From NCBI GenBank assembly GCA_051362555.1, contig CM120648.1:16922587-16986586 (forward strand): a stretch of DNA of 64,000 nucleotides, given 5' to 3'. This stretch comes from Lingula anatina. Taxonomy: Eukaryota; Animalia; Brachiopoda. The first letter of the stretch is position 1; each line of letters opens with the position of its first letter. Shown piece after piece: positions 1 through 13,800 of the stretch. The notes below the pieces were generated by a model that saw nothing but the letters and a program-made list of their open reading frames with translations, had not been told where the DNA came from and did not search any database. A program made the translations under genes and the position numbers.

Positions 1-169
1 TGATGCAACGTTACATAATGTTTAACAGCATAATAACCATCAAATGTTATTAATAAAATATTAGTAACATGGACATTCAGAAAACATGACAAGCAAAGGT
101 CTTCAGGCCCATGGAACTTCAAAGTCACATCTTGAAAATGCCAAAATGTAAACAAGACAGCACTGTCCT

Positions 170-1015
170 GAAATGGGTTTATTTCCATTTTTAACACTTT
201 TTTAACATAAAACAAAATAAACATTTTACTGCCATTTTTATATGACCAACTAAGAAAATTGATGAGATGGGAAAAATATCAATAGAACAGTGTTAAATGT
301 CCAATTTCCTCCATTCTGAGATTCTGAACATAGTGGATGATTGAATCTGACAAACTGCAATGATATGAGTTTATTTCCATTTTTGACACTTTATTACACA
401 ATACATGATAACAAGTTTACCATGTTTTTTTACATAATCAACTAACAATGTTGTAAAGATGCAGGAAATATCAAACAAACACTTTTACGCATCTAATTAG
501 TTCAATAATGAGACTGTTAACATGCCTAATAATTGAATCTGAGGAAATCTGAAAAAACAGTATAACTTCTAAAATAATGGCCCGATTATGCTGATTTTCG
601 AACTCAACCTGCATTTTAGTAAGATTGACCACTCCTGTGAATATAATGCCAATTGGCCAATCCGTTTTTCTTATATTGTGTTATCAGTGTTGCATTTATA
701 TTGAAAAGTGAAAAAACAGCATAAATTCCCTAAAAATGGCCCAATCATGCTGATTTTCGAACTTGACCTGCGTATTAAGAATTTTCATCAGTTCTGTAAG
801 TTTCAAGTCAAAAGGTAAAATGGTTTTCCACTAATCGTGTTATCGGTGCTGCATATATGCTGAAAAAGTGAAAAAACAGCATAAATTCCCTAAGAGTGAC
901 CCGATCATGCTGATTTTCAAACTTGACCTGCGTATTATGAATATTCATCAGTTCTGCAAGTTTCAAATCAAAAGGCAAAATGGTTTTCCACTTATCGTGT
1001 TATCGGTAAAAGTGC

Positions 1016-1046
<31 letters not shown>

Positions 1047-1098
1047 CAGACGCAGATGATGGCTATATGTACAGACACATCTGTGTCTGTACATAAAA
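170..1098 (-). mobile_element. Non-autonomous Helentron-like (HINE/DINE-1-type) element, family A, with internal ~160-bp tandem units
   Basis: Terminal palindrome ATGTACAGACACA-TC-TGTGTCTGTACAT (~1066-1094) with an A/T run, a GACGGC microsatellite, and tandem units shared with 13103-13768. Left boundary uncertain. Confidence 0.65.
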
Positions 1099-1819
1099 AG
1101 GCAAGAATTCATTATTAAACTTCGACATTCATTCAAGATGTAACACGAGACTGCTGCTGTAGTTACTTGGAATATGCAAAATATACTGCCTGTCGTACAT
1201 GTAGAAAATTGATAAATTGCAGGTTAGGTTCCTTCCTAAAATTTTAACATATTCAAAAACAAATGTCACACTATAAAAAAAAAAGTTAACTGACAAAGGA
1301 AAATCACCTTCATCTGCATTTGGCACAATTCAAAAGAACGTGTTTACATTTCGGTTTTGTGTGCCGCCGATACTTGAACACTACTTTGTTATAAAAATAT
1401 AGCTTGAGAATATACTTTATCGTTCTGTCAAGTGCATTAGTAAAATTATCAACATATCAGCGTATAAACGTCTGTTCATCTTAGCTGTCTCTATGCCTGC
1501 TCCTCCCGCCAAATTGGGTAAAGCCGCCGCATCAAGTTTTGAAAACGAGGCCAGATCTAATATTCTCCGAAATAACCGTCATATGAGCCAGTGGCTCCCG
1601 GGCTGTACATGTGGTTCATTGCCATATCTAATTTCAGTATGATGTGATTGAACGCAATCCTACTATTATATACTTAACTATATCATGACAATACGAACAC
1701 GATGAACCACATGTACTCGCATAATATGCGGAACTGAAAACATGGAAAAGGTCAAGGACGTTTCAGATCGCTGACGGTGCGCGCGCGCGCCATCTGGTGT
1801 TAAGTCCGCGAATGACCGT

Positions 1820-2676
1820 TTGCGACAACTGATTGTTGAGTTGGTGTAACTGATTGTTGAGTTGACGTCTGCATTTTTTTCATGAATGGCGCCCCATGCA
1901 TCGCGCTATTCACGCAAAAAATGCATTGTTGAGTTGCGGTAACTGACTTTTGAATCATTTATTGAATGTTAGATTTTGACGAATGATTAAAATGACCACA
2001 ACTAATTTAGTAGAATTAAGTTTAGATAGTTTAAGTAGGTTTTGGCTGTTAAATAGTGCCGGTAGATTGTTGAATTGACTTCTGCATTTTTTGCGTGAAT
2101 GGCGTTCCATGCATTCATGCCATTCACGCAAAAATACATTGTTGAGTTGCGGTGACTAATTGTTGAGTTGTAGTAACTGACTTTTGAATCGTTTATTGAT
2201 TGTTAGATTTTGACGAATGATTAAAATGACAAAAACTAATTTAGTAGAATTAAAGGGATAATAACTCTTCGTATGAGACCTACATTTCACAATAAAAACC
2301 TTGTGAAGAACTCATAGAAATATAATTTATTCTGTTTTACCACAAAAACAGCAGTTATAGCTTTTATTCTGATATTTGAACTTGTCTTTAGACCACGTGA
2401 CCTCCATTGATGTCTATACTCTGTTAAAATCTCTTAAGAGAAAACCAAACTTTTTAGAAAAAAACCAGGGACTAACTTTGAATATAAAAATGGATTCATT
2501 AACCATTGGTAAGTATGGGAAAATTGTTGTTTACTCCAGGAAAATTCATTTTTTGGCCGAAACGAAGAGTTATTATTGCTTTAAGTTTAGATAGTTAAAG
2601 TAGGTTTTGGCTGTTAAATAGTGCCGATAGATTGTTGAATTGACTTCTGCATTTTTTGCGTGAATGGCGTTCCATA
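1820..2676. repeat. Degenerate tandem/inverted repeat element (TGCATTTTTTGCGTGAATGGCG / ATTGTTGAGTTG motifs) interrupted by a TTAA element
   Basis: A ~240-bp unit is duplicated (1870-2110 and 2085-2250 plus 2581-2675) and contains inverted repeats. Confidence 0.55.
2254..2580. mobile_element. Kolobok-type (TTAA) non-autonomous DNA transposon
   Basis: TTAA at 2250-2253 and 2581-2584. TIRs AGGGATAATAACTCTTCGT / ACGAAGAGTTATTATTGCT. The empty site is visible in the neighbouring repeat copy (~2005-2045) with a single TTAA. Confidence 0.8.
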
Positions 2677-2854
2677 TAGATTAGTTTATTGGCAAACATT
2701 TGAAATATAAATTCCCTACACCTACATCTTAGTACATCTTCCAAGATTATTAGTTGCATTTATATCAGTTTGAGGAATCGCCGATATCAATGACTATATC
2801 ACCCCTAATTATATAGCGACTTAATGTCTGTTCACAGCAAAACTACGTAAAATT

Positions 2855-4045
2855 TTAATGCTTACCTGAAAACCAAATGCGATACGGTGTCATATCAATT
2901 GCATTTTCAGAGCCCTCTACAGATCTACAGATCTTGTTTTCCTGGACGTCCTCTGCTTTTATTGCAATATCTTTTCCCTTGTTATTTACCCTAATGCGGA
3001 ATTCAAACTGCATCCTGGGACAGTACGTCTCCCTAAGAGTTGACAGCTCTTCGTCGACGGTTTTCCGTGCGTTTAAGTATATGTGAGGTTTTGTTTTGTG
3101 TCCAGTAGCGTTTGTTATCATCATTCTCATGGCCTTTTCTTCAATGGCAAGATGGAGCACCGACTGTTTGTCAACCATACGGAAGGAGGCGTGGTCAAAC
3201 CCAACAACTGGAATGTTATGTTCATAGTCCTGAGCTCTATACTTCCTAAGAAGACGGACGATCAGACGATGAAACAACCCGGTAGGAAACAGAATGTGAG
3301 GGAATGCAATAAGCAAATATTTCTGTGGATCCGTCTCAGACAAGGCGTTATTTGCACTGTTATTTGATACCAGCATACTGGGCACGACGAATCTTCTTTT
3401 TCCAGACCCGGGCAGAGGGTTTTCAACTGATTGGGATATTTCTAACATCAAGTCGAAATGCAGCATAAGTTGAATGATTTCGGTCTTTTTCTCGGCCATT
3501 TTGATTTGTTTTAGATATTCATCAAACACCTCCTCCTTAAGAACCCCTCTTTTCAGATCGTCTTTTAGGAGATCGAAGTGACTGCCTCCGGGTTGACTGC
3601 TGGCCGTGGTCATGATGGCAGAAAACACAACTGCTAACCAAAGTGGATCTATTATGACGACATTTTCCAGTCCATCAACTTTGAAGTGTAGGATGTCGCC
3701 TTGACGGTGATGGTAAGGAATGAATTTTTCTTGTAATTCTTCATCTGGGAGTCCTACCCTTTGCGCCATTTCCCTCAGTTTTTCAATAGTTATGATGGGG
3801 TTTTCTTCACTCTTCTCTGCCAAATTCATTTCCAATTTTATCCAACTCACTGAAAGATGTTGAACGGTAGCAATACTGTTGCTGCTATAACCGCACAAAT
3901 CTTCGATCGCTCTTTTTATTTCAGCGAACTCCCCATCATCTTCGGCCAAGTTGCTTACGGCAAAATATTGGTAGACGTGGTCCTTGAGTACCTGCTTGTC
4001 GTCCAGACACTTCTTGAGTTTATCAAAAATCTTTTCAACCTTGCC
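2855..4045 (-). CDS. Terminal exon: end of Roc plus COR domain
   Basis: Acceptor TTCATAG|GGC is in frame with ORF 2855..3949. COR-like motifs HRQGDILHF, VIIDPLWL, FVVPSML, FPTGLFHRLIVRL. No kinase or death-domain motifs seen before the stop. Confidence 0.88.
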   Translation of the reverse strand, partial: GKVEKIFDKLKKCLDDKQVLKDHVYQYFAVSNLAEDDGEFAEIKRAIEDLCGYSSNSIATVQHLSVSWIKLEMNLAEKSEENPIITIEKLREMAQRVGLPDEELQEKFIPYHHRQGDILHFKVDGLENVVIIDPLWLAVVFSAIMTTASSQPGGSHFDLLKDDLKRGVLKEEVFDEYLKQIKMAEKKTEIIQLMLHFDLMLEISQSVENPLPGSGKRRFVVPSMLVSNNSANNALSETDPQKYLLIAFPHILFPTGLFHRLIVRLLRKYRAQDYEHNIPVVGFDHASFRMVDKQSVLHLAIEEKAMRMMITNATGHKTKPHIYLNARKTVDEELSTLRETYCPRMQFEFRIRVNNKGKDIAIKAEDVQENKICRSVEGSENAIDMTPYRIWFSGKH

Positions 4046-4784
4046 CTATGAATGAAAAGATGTTAAGATTCTTTTGTAGTTTTTCACTACTATATAATAA
4101 TGCTTAAGTGTCAGCGAAAGAAAACATCTACCAGGGTGTGTGTATGTACATGTATATATGTGTATATGATATAGTCCACTTCGTTCAAGTTGAAAAATGG
4201 GGTATGTTGCAATGAACCTATAAAATTAGGATAGGGTACAGTGGGCAAGGGACACCCTTTTCCCTCAACATTAAATCATGCCATTCACAAATAGTCACAT
4301 AGTGAAAAGTTTCTAAATAATTAAGTCACTCATCAGGAATCGCAATGTGATATGGTTGAAGAGATACAAATTATACATAGAATAAGTATGGTAGTAACTG
4401 AATAATTGTGATAAGAAAAGCGTTTTCACCTGTGGGCATAACTTGTCCTTATGAGTTCCAATAATCAAGACGTATGGCATGGCATTTTTGTCTTCTTCCC
4501 TCAATTTTCCAATAGTGTGCATATGGATTGAGTTTAACCAAAACATAATAAACTCTGAAAAATGTATATAAAGCCTTGAGGTAATTGCAAAGATGAATAT
4601 TAATCAGTGTTTTCTCCTCAGCATTGCTAAAAAATAACACCCATTAATATAATAATAATAATGTTTCTTATTGGGTGCCTTACAACGGATAATATAACTA
4701 AAATCCTTAAAATTACTACAATATTAAAATCTAAAACACTCATTGGAACCATTTAAAATTAACACTACTAAAAACTCAATGTTT

Positions 4785-4815
<31 letters not shown>

Positions 4816-7800
4816 TAAGAGCAATAGAGAGATTTAAAAATGTGGGTCTTTTAATAAAGAAATTACACACAGCTGACAGGCAATTATTTACATGAGGGCC
4901 CTGAGTAGTTTATACATGTTAAGATTTATACATAAAGCTCAACAATACCTTTCAGCGTCTTCTCTCCCCTGTATACACGGATTTTATCATCGAGGTCCTG
5001 GTCAAGTCGGAATACCAACAAGTAGATGATCCGCTCTGAGAGGAACGTTTGGTGCGTGGTGTAGTAGACATCCTGTCCTGCAAAATCCCAAATTGTGACC
5101 TGTTTCTCTGGCTCCACATCTTCTCCTTGGGCAATTTTCTCAATTTTTTCCAATAGCTCCTTGTCAATATCATCTAGATGGTCCCTTTCTGCCACTGCGA
5201 GGAATACAATAAGCTATGTCCAAACTAACTGATTTTAGCATAATGCATATTGTTATGTATTGCAATGTGTGCATATTTATCCAAATCATCATATTAATCC
5301 CGCAGTATATTGTATAAATATTGTATAAAAATAAATAAATTAGATTGAAAATGCATGTAATAAGTATAATTGGTATCAAGCACCCGATTGAGTTTTCAGC
5401 TGATGTGCCTTCTTCAAGGGGGGGGGGGGGGGGGGTTGAGAGAGACTAGACCTTAATCTTTACAGACATGCTTTCAATCTAATTTATTTCATTTGTCAGG
5501 CACTGTTCATACATCGACATATCGTCAACATTCTTATACTACTCATGTTTTCTTCCCCAGAGGTATGAGATCCAGTTTCACCTTTGAAAAGGACTGTACA
5601 ATAAACAGTATGGTTAAAATAAAACTTTTTAGCATAAAAAAGTATCGCAATTATTGACAAAATTTGAATGTATTTAGTGTCAATTAACTTTGTGAAACAG
5701 TTATCAAATAAATTAGAAGCTTTCATCTGTTTCTGAAGGTTTATCAGCAATTTGCAAAAAAAAAACATTTTTTTCTTAAAAATGTATCCTCTCTGTTGAA
5801 TACAAGTAAGCTCAAAACATAACGGGGTGATAAACACTGAATGTTTTAACATTCATTAAAATCAATTAAAATTGTAAGGTATAGTCAATTTTAATGTAAC
5901 ATTATTAATACAGTTTGATGAAAATAAGAATGCAGGAACTCACATACTTAATCGACAAGCTAAGAACAACTCTCGCAGATTATGAGCAAAAGACGGAATC
6001 TTGTTTTACTACATGTGCACTACTTACCTGCTGCTCTGTCAGGAGAGGCAGGTGATTCCCTGTCATCAGGGGGAGCGGCTGTAGAATAAAGAGAAGAAGA
6101 ATATCAAACACCATTCTAGCAGAAAATGACTCAATCTTAAAGTAAACAAAAACGTGGCTAAGATAAAGGAATTTCTTTACAAAATTTTAACATATAACTT
6201 TGGGATATTGGTCTATAAATATTGTATAAAAATAAATAAATTACATCGAAAATACGTCTAATAAGATCAAGTATAATTGGTATCAAGTGCCCAGTCTTCA
6301 AGGCACATAAGGTATAATGGCCAACAAAAAACACATAGAAGGTGGAATCCCTTGGCAAAAAGAAAAATAATCCTCAGTCATATAAAGAAGACTTATTTTA
6401 CAGAAAATTAAATTGTCGTGTTTGTACCCAGATAAAACAAGAGGGCAAATCTGTCAAATGTAGACTTGCCCTTCAAGAAATCGACGGAAAATAGCTCTTT
6501 TTCAATTTTGAATGGGCACGGTAGAAAATATATAACAGCTAAAGCTCTCAAATTAAGCACATATGTGTGATATCATGTGAAGAATAAGTTCTGTAAATTT
6601 CAATCCACAACTCTCGCATATTCTGAGCAATACACGAGAATTTTGTTTTACTACATGTGAACTACTTACCTGCTGCTTTGTCAGGAGAGCCAGGTGATTC
6701 ACTGTCATCAGGGGGAGCGGCTGTAGAATAAAGATTAGAAGAATATCAAACACCATTCTAACATATATATGTGGAATGGTCAACGAAAAACACATAGAAG
6801 GTGGAATCTCTTGGCAAAAAAGAAGAATAACTACAAATATCTGCTTAAATTGCACCAAGATATTCGAGACAATCATGTACAATACCTCTATTTGTCAGCA
6901 TGTTATTAATATTCTCTTCTGAATCTGGTAGGGATTCCTCTAGTGGCGTTTGGTCCAATACTGTTAAGTCCGGCTCACAAAACGTATCTGAATTCTGTAG
7001 TCCAATTGCCATATTTTGTGCAAACTGGTCTTTTGGATCATCTGAGAATAGTTGGAAGGATCATACAGGTAGATCAAGCGTTGTATCTAAATGTACCCTT
7101 TCTGAGTGTACGTATCAGGCTACACCATTGAAAAATTCAATTCAATATTGAGTAAAATAAAGCATGGTGTTTTTATGAAACTAGAGGATCAGAGAGGCGA
7201 TACCGCCTCTGGATATTGTACCACCAGCTGGAGTAAGCGCATTCATATGGACCCCCCCCCCCCCCCAAAAAAAAAAAAAAAAAAAAAAAAAATTGGACAC
7301 CACCACCAGTCTTGTGCTTGACAAGCTCTATAAAATGCAATAAACAAGAGTTCTCAAAATATGAAAAAAAAAATCGAAAAAACATAACAGTTAAAATGGT
7401 CCATTTAAGGAGATGTTCAAATTGACCTGTATTTTCCCAGCACTGATCACTCCTGTGATTTTCTAGACAATAGGCCTATTGGTTTTCCTTAAAATGCATT
7501 ATCAGTATTGCAAATACTGGTATGCTGACAAAAGAGAAAACCTAGGGACAACACTGGGCAGATCTCTGCTAGTTTTGAAGATATGAAGGGCAAGAAAATA
7601 GGCAGAGTTCAGTTTGTGGTAAAAAAGTAGGTCAAAGGTCAATTTCAAGGTCACAGTATATGACTTCCTATATAAGTTCAATAGTAGCTATGGGCATTTC
7701 TTTGCCAATGTTGGAGATATGAAGGCCAGGAAACATGCAAAGTGCAGTTCATCATAAATAGTAGGTCAAAGGTCAATTTCAAGGTCACAGTAAGATTGCC

Positions 7801-10800
7801 AGTATATGACTTCCTATTCAAGTTCAATAGTAACTTTGGACCTACTCTGCCAGTTTTCGAGATATAAGGGATAGAAAATAGGCAGAGTTCAGTTTGTGGT
7901 AAAAAAGTAGGTCAAAGGTCAATTTCAAGGTCACAGTATATGACTTCCTATATAAGTTCAATAGTAGCTATGGGCATTTCTTTGCCAATGTTGGAGATAT
8001 GAAGGCCAGGAAACATGCAAAGTGCAGTTCATCATAAATAGTAGGTCAAAGGTCAATTTCAAGGTCACAATAAGAATGCCAGTATATGACTTCCTATTCA
8101 AGTTTAACGGTAACTATGGGTGTATCTCTGTCAGTTTTGGAGATATAAGGGCTGGAAAATTTGCAAAGTTCAGTTAATGGTGAAAAGTAGGTCAAAGGTC
8201 AATTTAAAGGTCACAGTTAGCTTACCAGTATATAACTTCCTATTAAAGTTCAATAGTAACTATGGGTGTATCTCTGCCAGTTTTGGAGATATAAAGATCA
8301 GAAAACTTCAAAGTGCAGTTCATCATGAAAAGTAGGTCAAAGGTCAATTTCAAGGTCACAGTTAGATTACCAGTATATGACTTCCTATTCAAGTTCAATA
8401 GTAAATATGGGCTGATCTCTGCTAATTTTGGAATATTTACCATTTTCCCCACTGAATATTTCAATGTTGTTATTTTTGATATAGAACAATGCCTAAACCA
8501 TATATCGAAAACAAAAAAATGGACAAAACCTCCAGTATTGCACTTGACAAGTTCTACAAAATGCAATGAACAAAAGGTCTCTGGCATTTACCATTCCAGA
8601 ATAAAAGTAAGTTTTCAGTTTCGGTATCTAATGGCTGCTTCTCCCGTGAAAATGCACCGATTGACCCCAAATGCCCAAAGATGAAAGGAGTCCCTAATTG
8701 TAACCTCTCACTATAACAGGAGAGCTTAGATCTGTATAGTTTCCAAAAAATAGCACAAACAAATATTTTTTGGCAGAAAATTCCCATTTTTAGAAAATTT
8801 TGGCTTTTTTGACCTTGAAAAAGAGGTCAAAAGTCAAATCCAAGGGCATATTTGGAATCTCCACATATGACTTTCGGTCAGACTTCTGTAGTAATTTTTC
8901 CCATAATTCCTTTGGTTTGGGAGATATTTAGCCTTGAATTTTCAAAAATTTTGACAAGGGTGCGTTTCAACAAGTGTCATGCCCAGGCCAATTAATGCAC
9001 CAACAGAGACAAAAAAACCAGGGTGTTCAAGTTGAAATTATATGTGACCTAAATCCAAGAGATGGGGACACAGGTCCTTGTGGTCTAGGAGGAGAAGCGG
9101 TAACAGTGACTTGTTTCCGGCGCCCGACTGCGGAGCCGGCGGAGCCGCAGGAGCCAGCGGAGCCGGCCGAGCTGTACAAGACGGGGCGGGACTAAAACAA
9201 TGAGTACCACCAGCGTATATGCTGGTGGTACTATTTATAGTGTTTGTACTGTAGTGGACTGTAGGAGTAGATTGTAAAGTGTCATGTATGTCAATTGATT
9301 GATAACAATACAAAGGCACCACTTATTTAGGTACTTTTTCACTCAGCCCCTCGTCTACCATACTAAGATAGGGAAGGACACATTTCGACACCCACACGTA
9401 CACGTATGTATAATTCCTTATTGTGGATTATGCGGTAAAATTGAAAATGTCTTATCTTCTGATCTTTGTATTCTTTATAAACATATTCCATATGTGTCAA
9501 ACGTTTTCCTATATTCTGCTTACCTTTTCCTCTGATCCAACAGGATCGGCCAGCTTTATGGACAACACACCTATGGCGGTATATATTCACGCCAGTTGTA
9601 TTTGCATCTTCTTCTTTGATATATTCCTCATGGATGAGGCGCTTGGCGAGATGAGTCTTTCCCACACCGTAAGGTCCAACAATAGCTACTCGCTGTCGGT
9701 ATACTGGAATCTTACCACTTTCACACAATCGGCGAAGCCGTTCATTAAACTCACCTGGTAATACAAATGTTATGCTTCAGATTGACAAAAGGACTCATGG
9801 ATAAGGTGAACGATGATGTTTGCAGACGTTATATTTATTGTGAAGCGATAGCAGAGAGGAAGCGAGAGAAAATCTAGAGAGGTGGATGCCTGCATATGTG
9901 CTTGAGAGTAACAGGATGGAGGTGAGTAGTAGCAAGACTGAACAGCTATGTCTAAATGATGATGATGAGATGATGGAAGGAGTGTCAATCAAGAAAGGAA
10001 GTGAATTTAAACAGTAAATGAAGGAGCAGCACAGAGGAGGATAATATCAAGACAAAATAGGCTGGGAAAAGGTTATTGGAGTGCTCAATGTATGTTACAG
10101 AAATATGTACAGATCGTGCCTACGACCATGTTTGAATCCACCCATTAAAACTACCTTTCCTGTCACAATGTCAAATTTTTAACATAATACTGGTACACTT
10201 TCGCTACTGCTACTAAACTGCAGCATACCTTATACACCCCGGCACCAATTCTCTCTGTACCTATCTGTGTATGTCCCTTGATAGATACTCCCCTGTGCTT
10301 TAAGTCCCTGCACAAATACTCCTCCATACTATTATACCTATACAACCCCAGCGCCGACAATTCCCAGTACCTACATGTGTATAAGGTACGTCACAGTTTA
10401 AATTTCCCGCACCAATACTTCCTGTACTTATATTTTCCTGCACCGATACTCCCCCTTATCGCTCCGCCCCTGCACAAAAACTCCCTCATACCTACTCTAA
10501 ATTGGTGGAAATGTTTTTTTTTTTTTCAAATGGAAAATGCATTGGGTATGCGTGTGTTATGTAAAATCTCATATTTTCACGATGACAAAAGTCGATAAAT
10601 CGCAGCTAAATTAAAAATTTTGAATTCAACTGAATTGAGAAATTCCCAAAAATACTATGCTGTGTTATTTATATCAGGGTAAAGCAAACTTTGAGTAAAA
10701 TAGATTGATAAAAAGGGTGTGTAATCTGGATACTGAATCACTGCTGAAGAACAAAGAGAAGTATACAGACATTTATCAGAAATCACAAAGTCGATTTGCA

Positions 10801-13800
10801 CACAAAGTCTGACGTGTAAGATTGACTATGTTCCAGATTACAATGCGGCGTAGAGTAAGATTGCCAGTATATGACTTCCTATTCAAGGTCACTAGTAACT
10901 ATAAGTGTATTTCTGCCATTTTTGCAGATAAAAGAGGCAAAAAATTTGCAAGACTTAGTACATGATGAAAAGTAGGTCAAAGGTCAATTTCAAGGTCACA
11001 GTTTGGCTGCCAGTATGTGACTTCTTATTCAAGGTCAATAGTAACCATGGGTGTATCTCTGCCAGTTTTTGAGTATTTCACATTTTGCTTCACTACTGAA
11101 TATCGAAATGTACTTTTTTATATAGCACAACTCTTAACCTACACCGGTACATATCAAAAACAAACAAAAATGGATTCCAACCCCAGTATTAATTGAGCTT
11201 GACAAGCTCTACGTAATGCAAAAAACAAGAGGTCTCTTGTATTTAGGGTTCCGGTTTAATAGAGAGTTTTCAGTTTTGGCATCTAACGGCTGCCTCTCCT
11301 GTGAAAATGCACCGATTGACCCCAAAATCCCGAAGATAAAGTCCCAAAATGTAATCCCCACACTTAGGTCAGTGTAGTTTCTAAAAATTGGCACAAACAT
11401 ATATATGTTTTTTAAACCCCCATTTTTAGGAGATTTTGGCCTGTTTGACCTTGAGATAAAAACAATATTAGCCGATGAATCATAGGGACAGTATAGCTTC
11501 TAAAAACCATCAGATGTAAAAATTGTTGCTAGCAGATGATGTGCTGTAGCAGTGTAAGAGATTTTGTTTACTAGTTAAAAAAAACACTGCAACAGCCTTG
11601 ATATATATGTGAAGCATAATGATAATACTAAGAAATGGGAATCAACATTTTAGAAAGTTTTTCTCATGATTAAATAAAAATATAAAATAAAAAATAAGTT
11701 CTATTGAAAACATCATTTCAACAAGTATTTCATATAGCAAGAGATATTTGGTGCAGTTGTATCAGTTTTGTAGGCGACACTGATGTTTGTTTAATTTAGA
11801 CTTGAAATGGCAATCAGCATACATGTATATTGTACAATGCTAAATATCTGCTTGGCCCAAACATTTGTTGAGTTGGTTTAATAACAAGTTTATTTTTGTT
11901 TCCATTTGATGGTGTTTGCATCATAATGTGGTGAAATGTATCATCATACATGTATTATGTATCACTATTATGATTATTACATGAAGTTTTTTTCTTTAGT
12001 TAATAACTTATCAACCTACAAATACATATGCCATTGTACTGAATCTGCCTGGCTTATAGACTGTTCAGAATAAATTTTATCAACATCCATATTTTTTTTA
12101 AATTTGGAGAAGACCAAGTACATTTGGAGCAGGCGGCTGTTTGGGGTCCGCCATATAGATAAACGTCCCAATAAAATGTTCGTCCCGATAGATACGTCTC
12201 TATACATACACGTCTCAATAGATTTACGTCTCGTTAAATTTACGTTCCGATAGATCCACCAACAGATTCCTATAAACCCACGTATCTTTAGATCCAGGTA
12301 CCGCTAGATCCATCTATCTGACATTGTAATCGGCTAAAAGGCCCATATCAACTTGCGTTGTGAAATTTAGAACACATTTTTATGTTCTTTTTTGTTTTGT
12401 TTTGTTTAGAACACATTTACATGTAAATTCAGAACACTTTTTACGTGTTTGAATGTTACATTTTGAGAACGCTTTAAACAGTGTTCTGACGCTAGAACAG
12501 TAATTAAGCGTTGTGAAATATAGAACACACTTTTGTTCTTTTTATGTTCTTTCACTGAGTATTGTGTGAAAACGATCTAGTAGAATAATATATTGCTGAC
12601 TGCGTACTGTCGTTTTAAAGAAGTGCATTTTATGTACTGAGTAGTATACCAACCATTTCGAGCAATAGTGTACCTGTAATGGATCTATCGGTATTTGGAT
12701 CTAAAAATACGTGGATCTATAGGTATGCGGATTTAAAGGACGTGGGTTTATGAGGACGTCATATCTATAGGAATGCAAATATATAGGACAGCAGAAAAAA
12801 ATCGGATCTATCGGTATTTAAATCTAAAAAGACGTTTTTTCCGTTTTTCTTTTATGTATCTATCGGTAACGGGAGTATAGGGACGTGTAATATTTTGGGA
12901 CTAAATTTTATCCGTACGTACCCGGCTGTTTCACAATCAGGGTGAACAATTAAATGTGGTTAATGTTACAAGTGTCTGATAAATTAACAATTTATGATTA
13001 GAGATTGCTGACAGACTGATATCAAAGACACTGTTCATAGGAGCAAAATAAAAAAAAGAATTATAATAATCGGACTACAATTTACAAAAATATGGCCAAT
13101 TTTGCGTATTATGAATATTCATCAGTTCTGTAAGTTTCAAGTCAAAAAGTAAAATGGTTTTCCACTTATCGTGTTATCGGTGCTGCATATATGCTGAAAA
13201 AAGTGAAAAAACAGCATAAATTCCCTAAAAGTGACTCGATCATGCTGATTTTCGAACTTGACCTGCGTATTATGAATATTCATCAGTTCTGTAAGTTTCA
13301 AGTCAAAAGGTAAAATGGTTTTCCACTTATCGTGTTATCGGTGCTGCATATATGCAGAAAAAAGTGAAAAAACAGCATAAATTCCCTAAAAGTGACTCGA
13401 TCATGCTGATTTTCGAACTTGACCTGCGTATTATGAATATTCATCAGTTCTATAAGTTTCAAGTCAAAAGGTAAAATGGTTTTCCACTTATCGTGTTATC
13501 GGTGCTGCATATATGCAGAAAAAAGTGAAAAAACAGCATAAATTCCCTAAAAGTGACCCGATCATGCTGATTTTCGAACTTGACCTGCGTATTATGAATA
13601 TTCATCAGTTCTGCAAGTTTCAAGTCAAAAGGTAAAATGGTTTTCCAATTATCGTGTTATCGGTAAAAGTGCACGGCGACGGCGACGGCGACGACGGCAC
13701 CGACGGTGACGACGACAGACGCAGATGATGGCTATATGTACAGACACATCTGTGTCTGTACATAAAAATATGGCCAATTATGTGTCCAAAAAGTACCTAT

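Noticed and set aside
2700-2855. A kinase or death domain downstream of COR (LRRK2- or DAPK-like)
   Set aside because: The COR exon ends in TAA, and the downstream sequence is repeat-derived with no recognisable coding motifs.
5417-5435. Long poly-G/C runs (also near 7252, 14179, 38157, 44352, 49123) as functional G-quadruplex elements
   Set aside because: Simple intronic or intergenic homopolymers, length-unreliable in assemblies, with no supporting context.
8120-8787. ORFs in the satellite region (also 868-1059, 38349-38696, 39989-40210, 63382-63889)
   Set aside because: Chance open frames in tandem repeats or non-autonomous elements, with no domain signatures.
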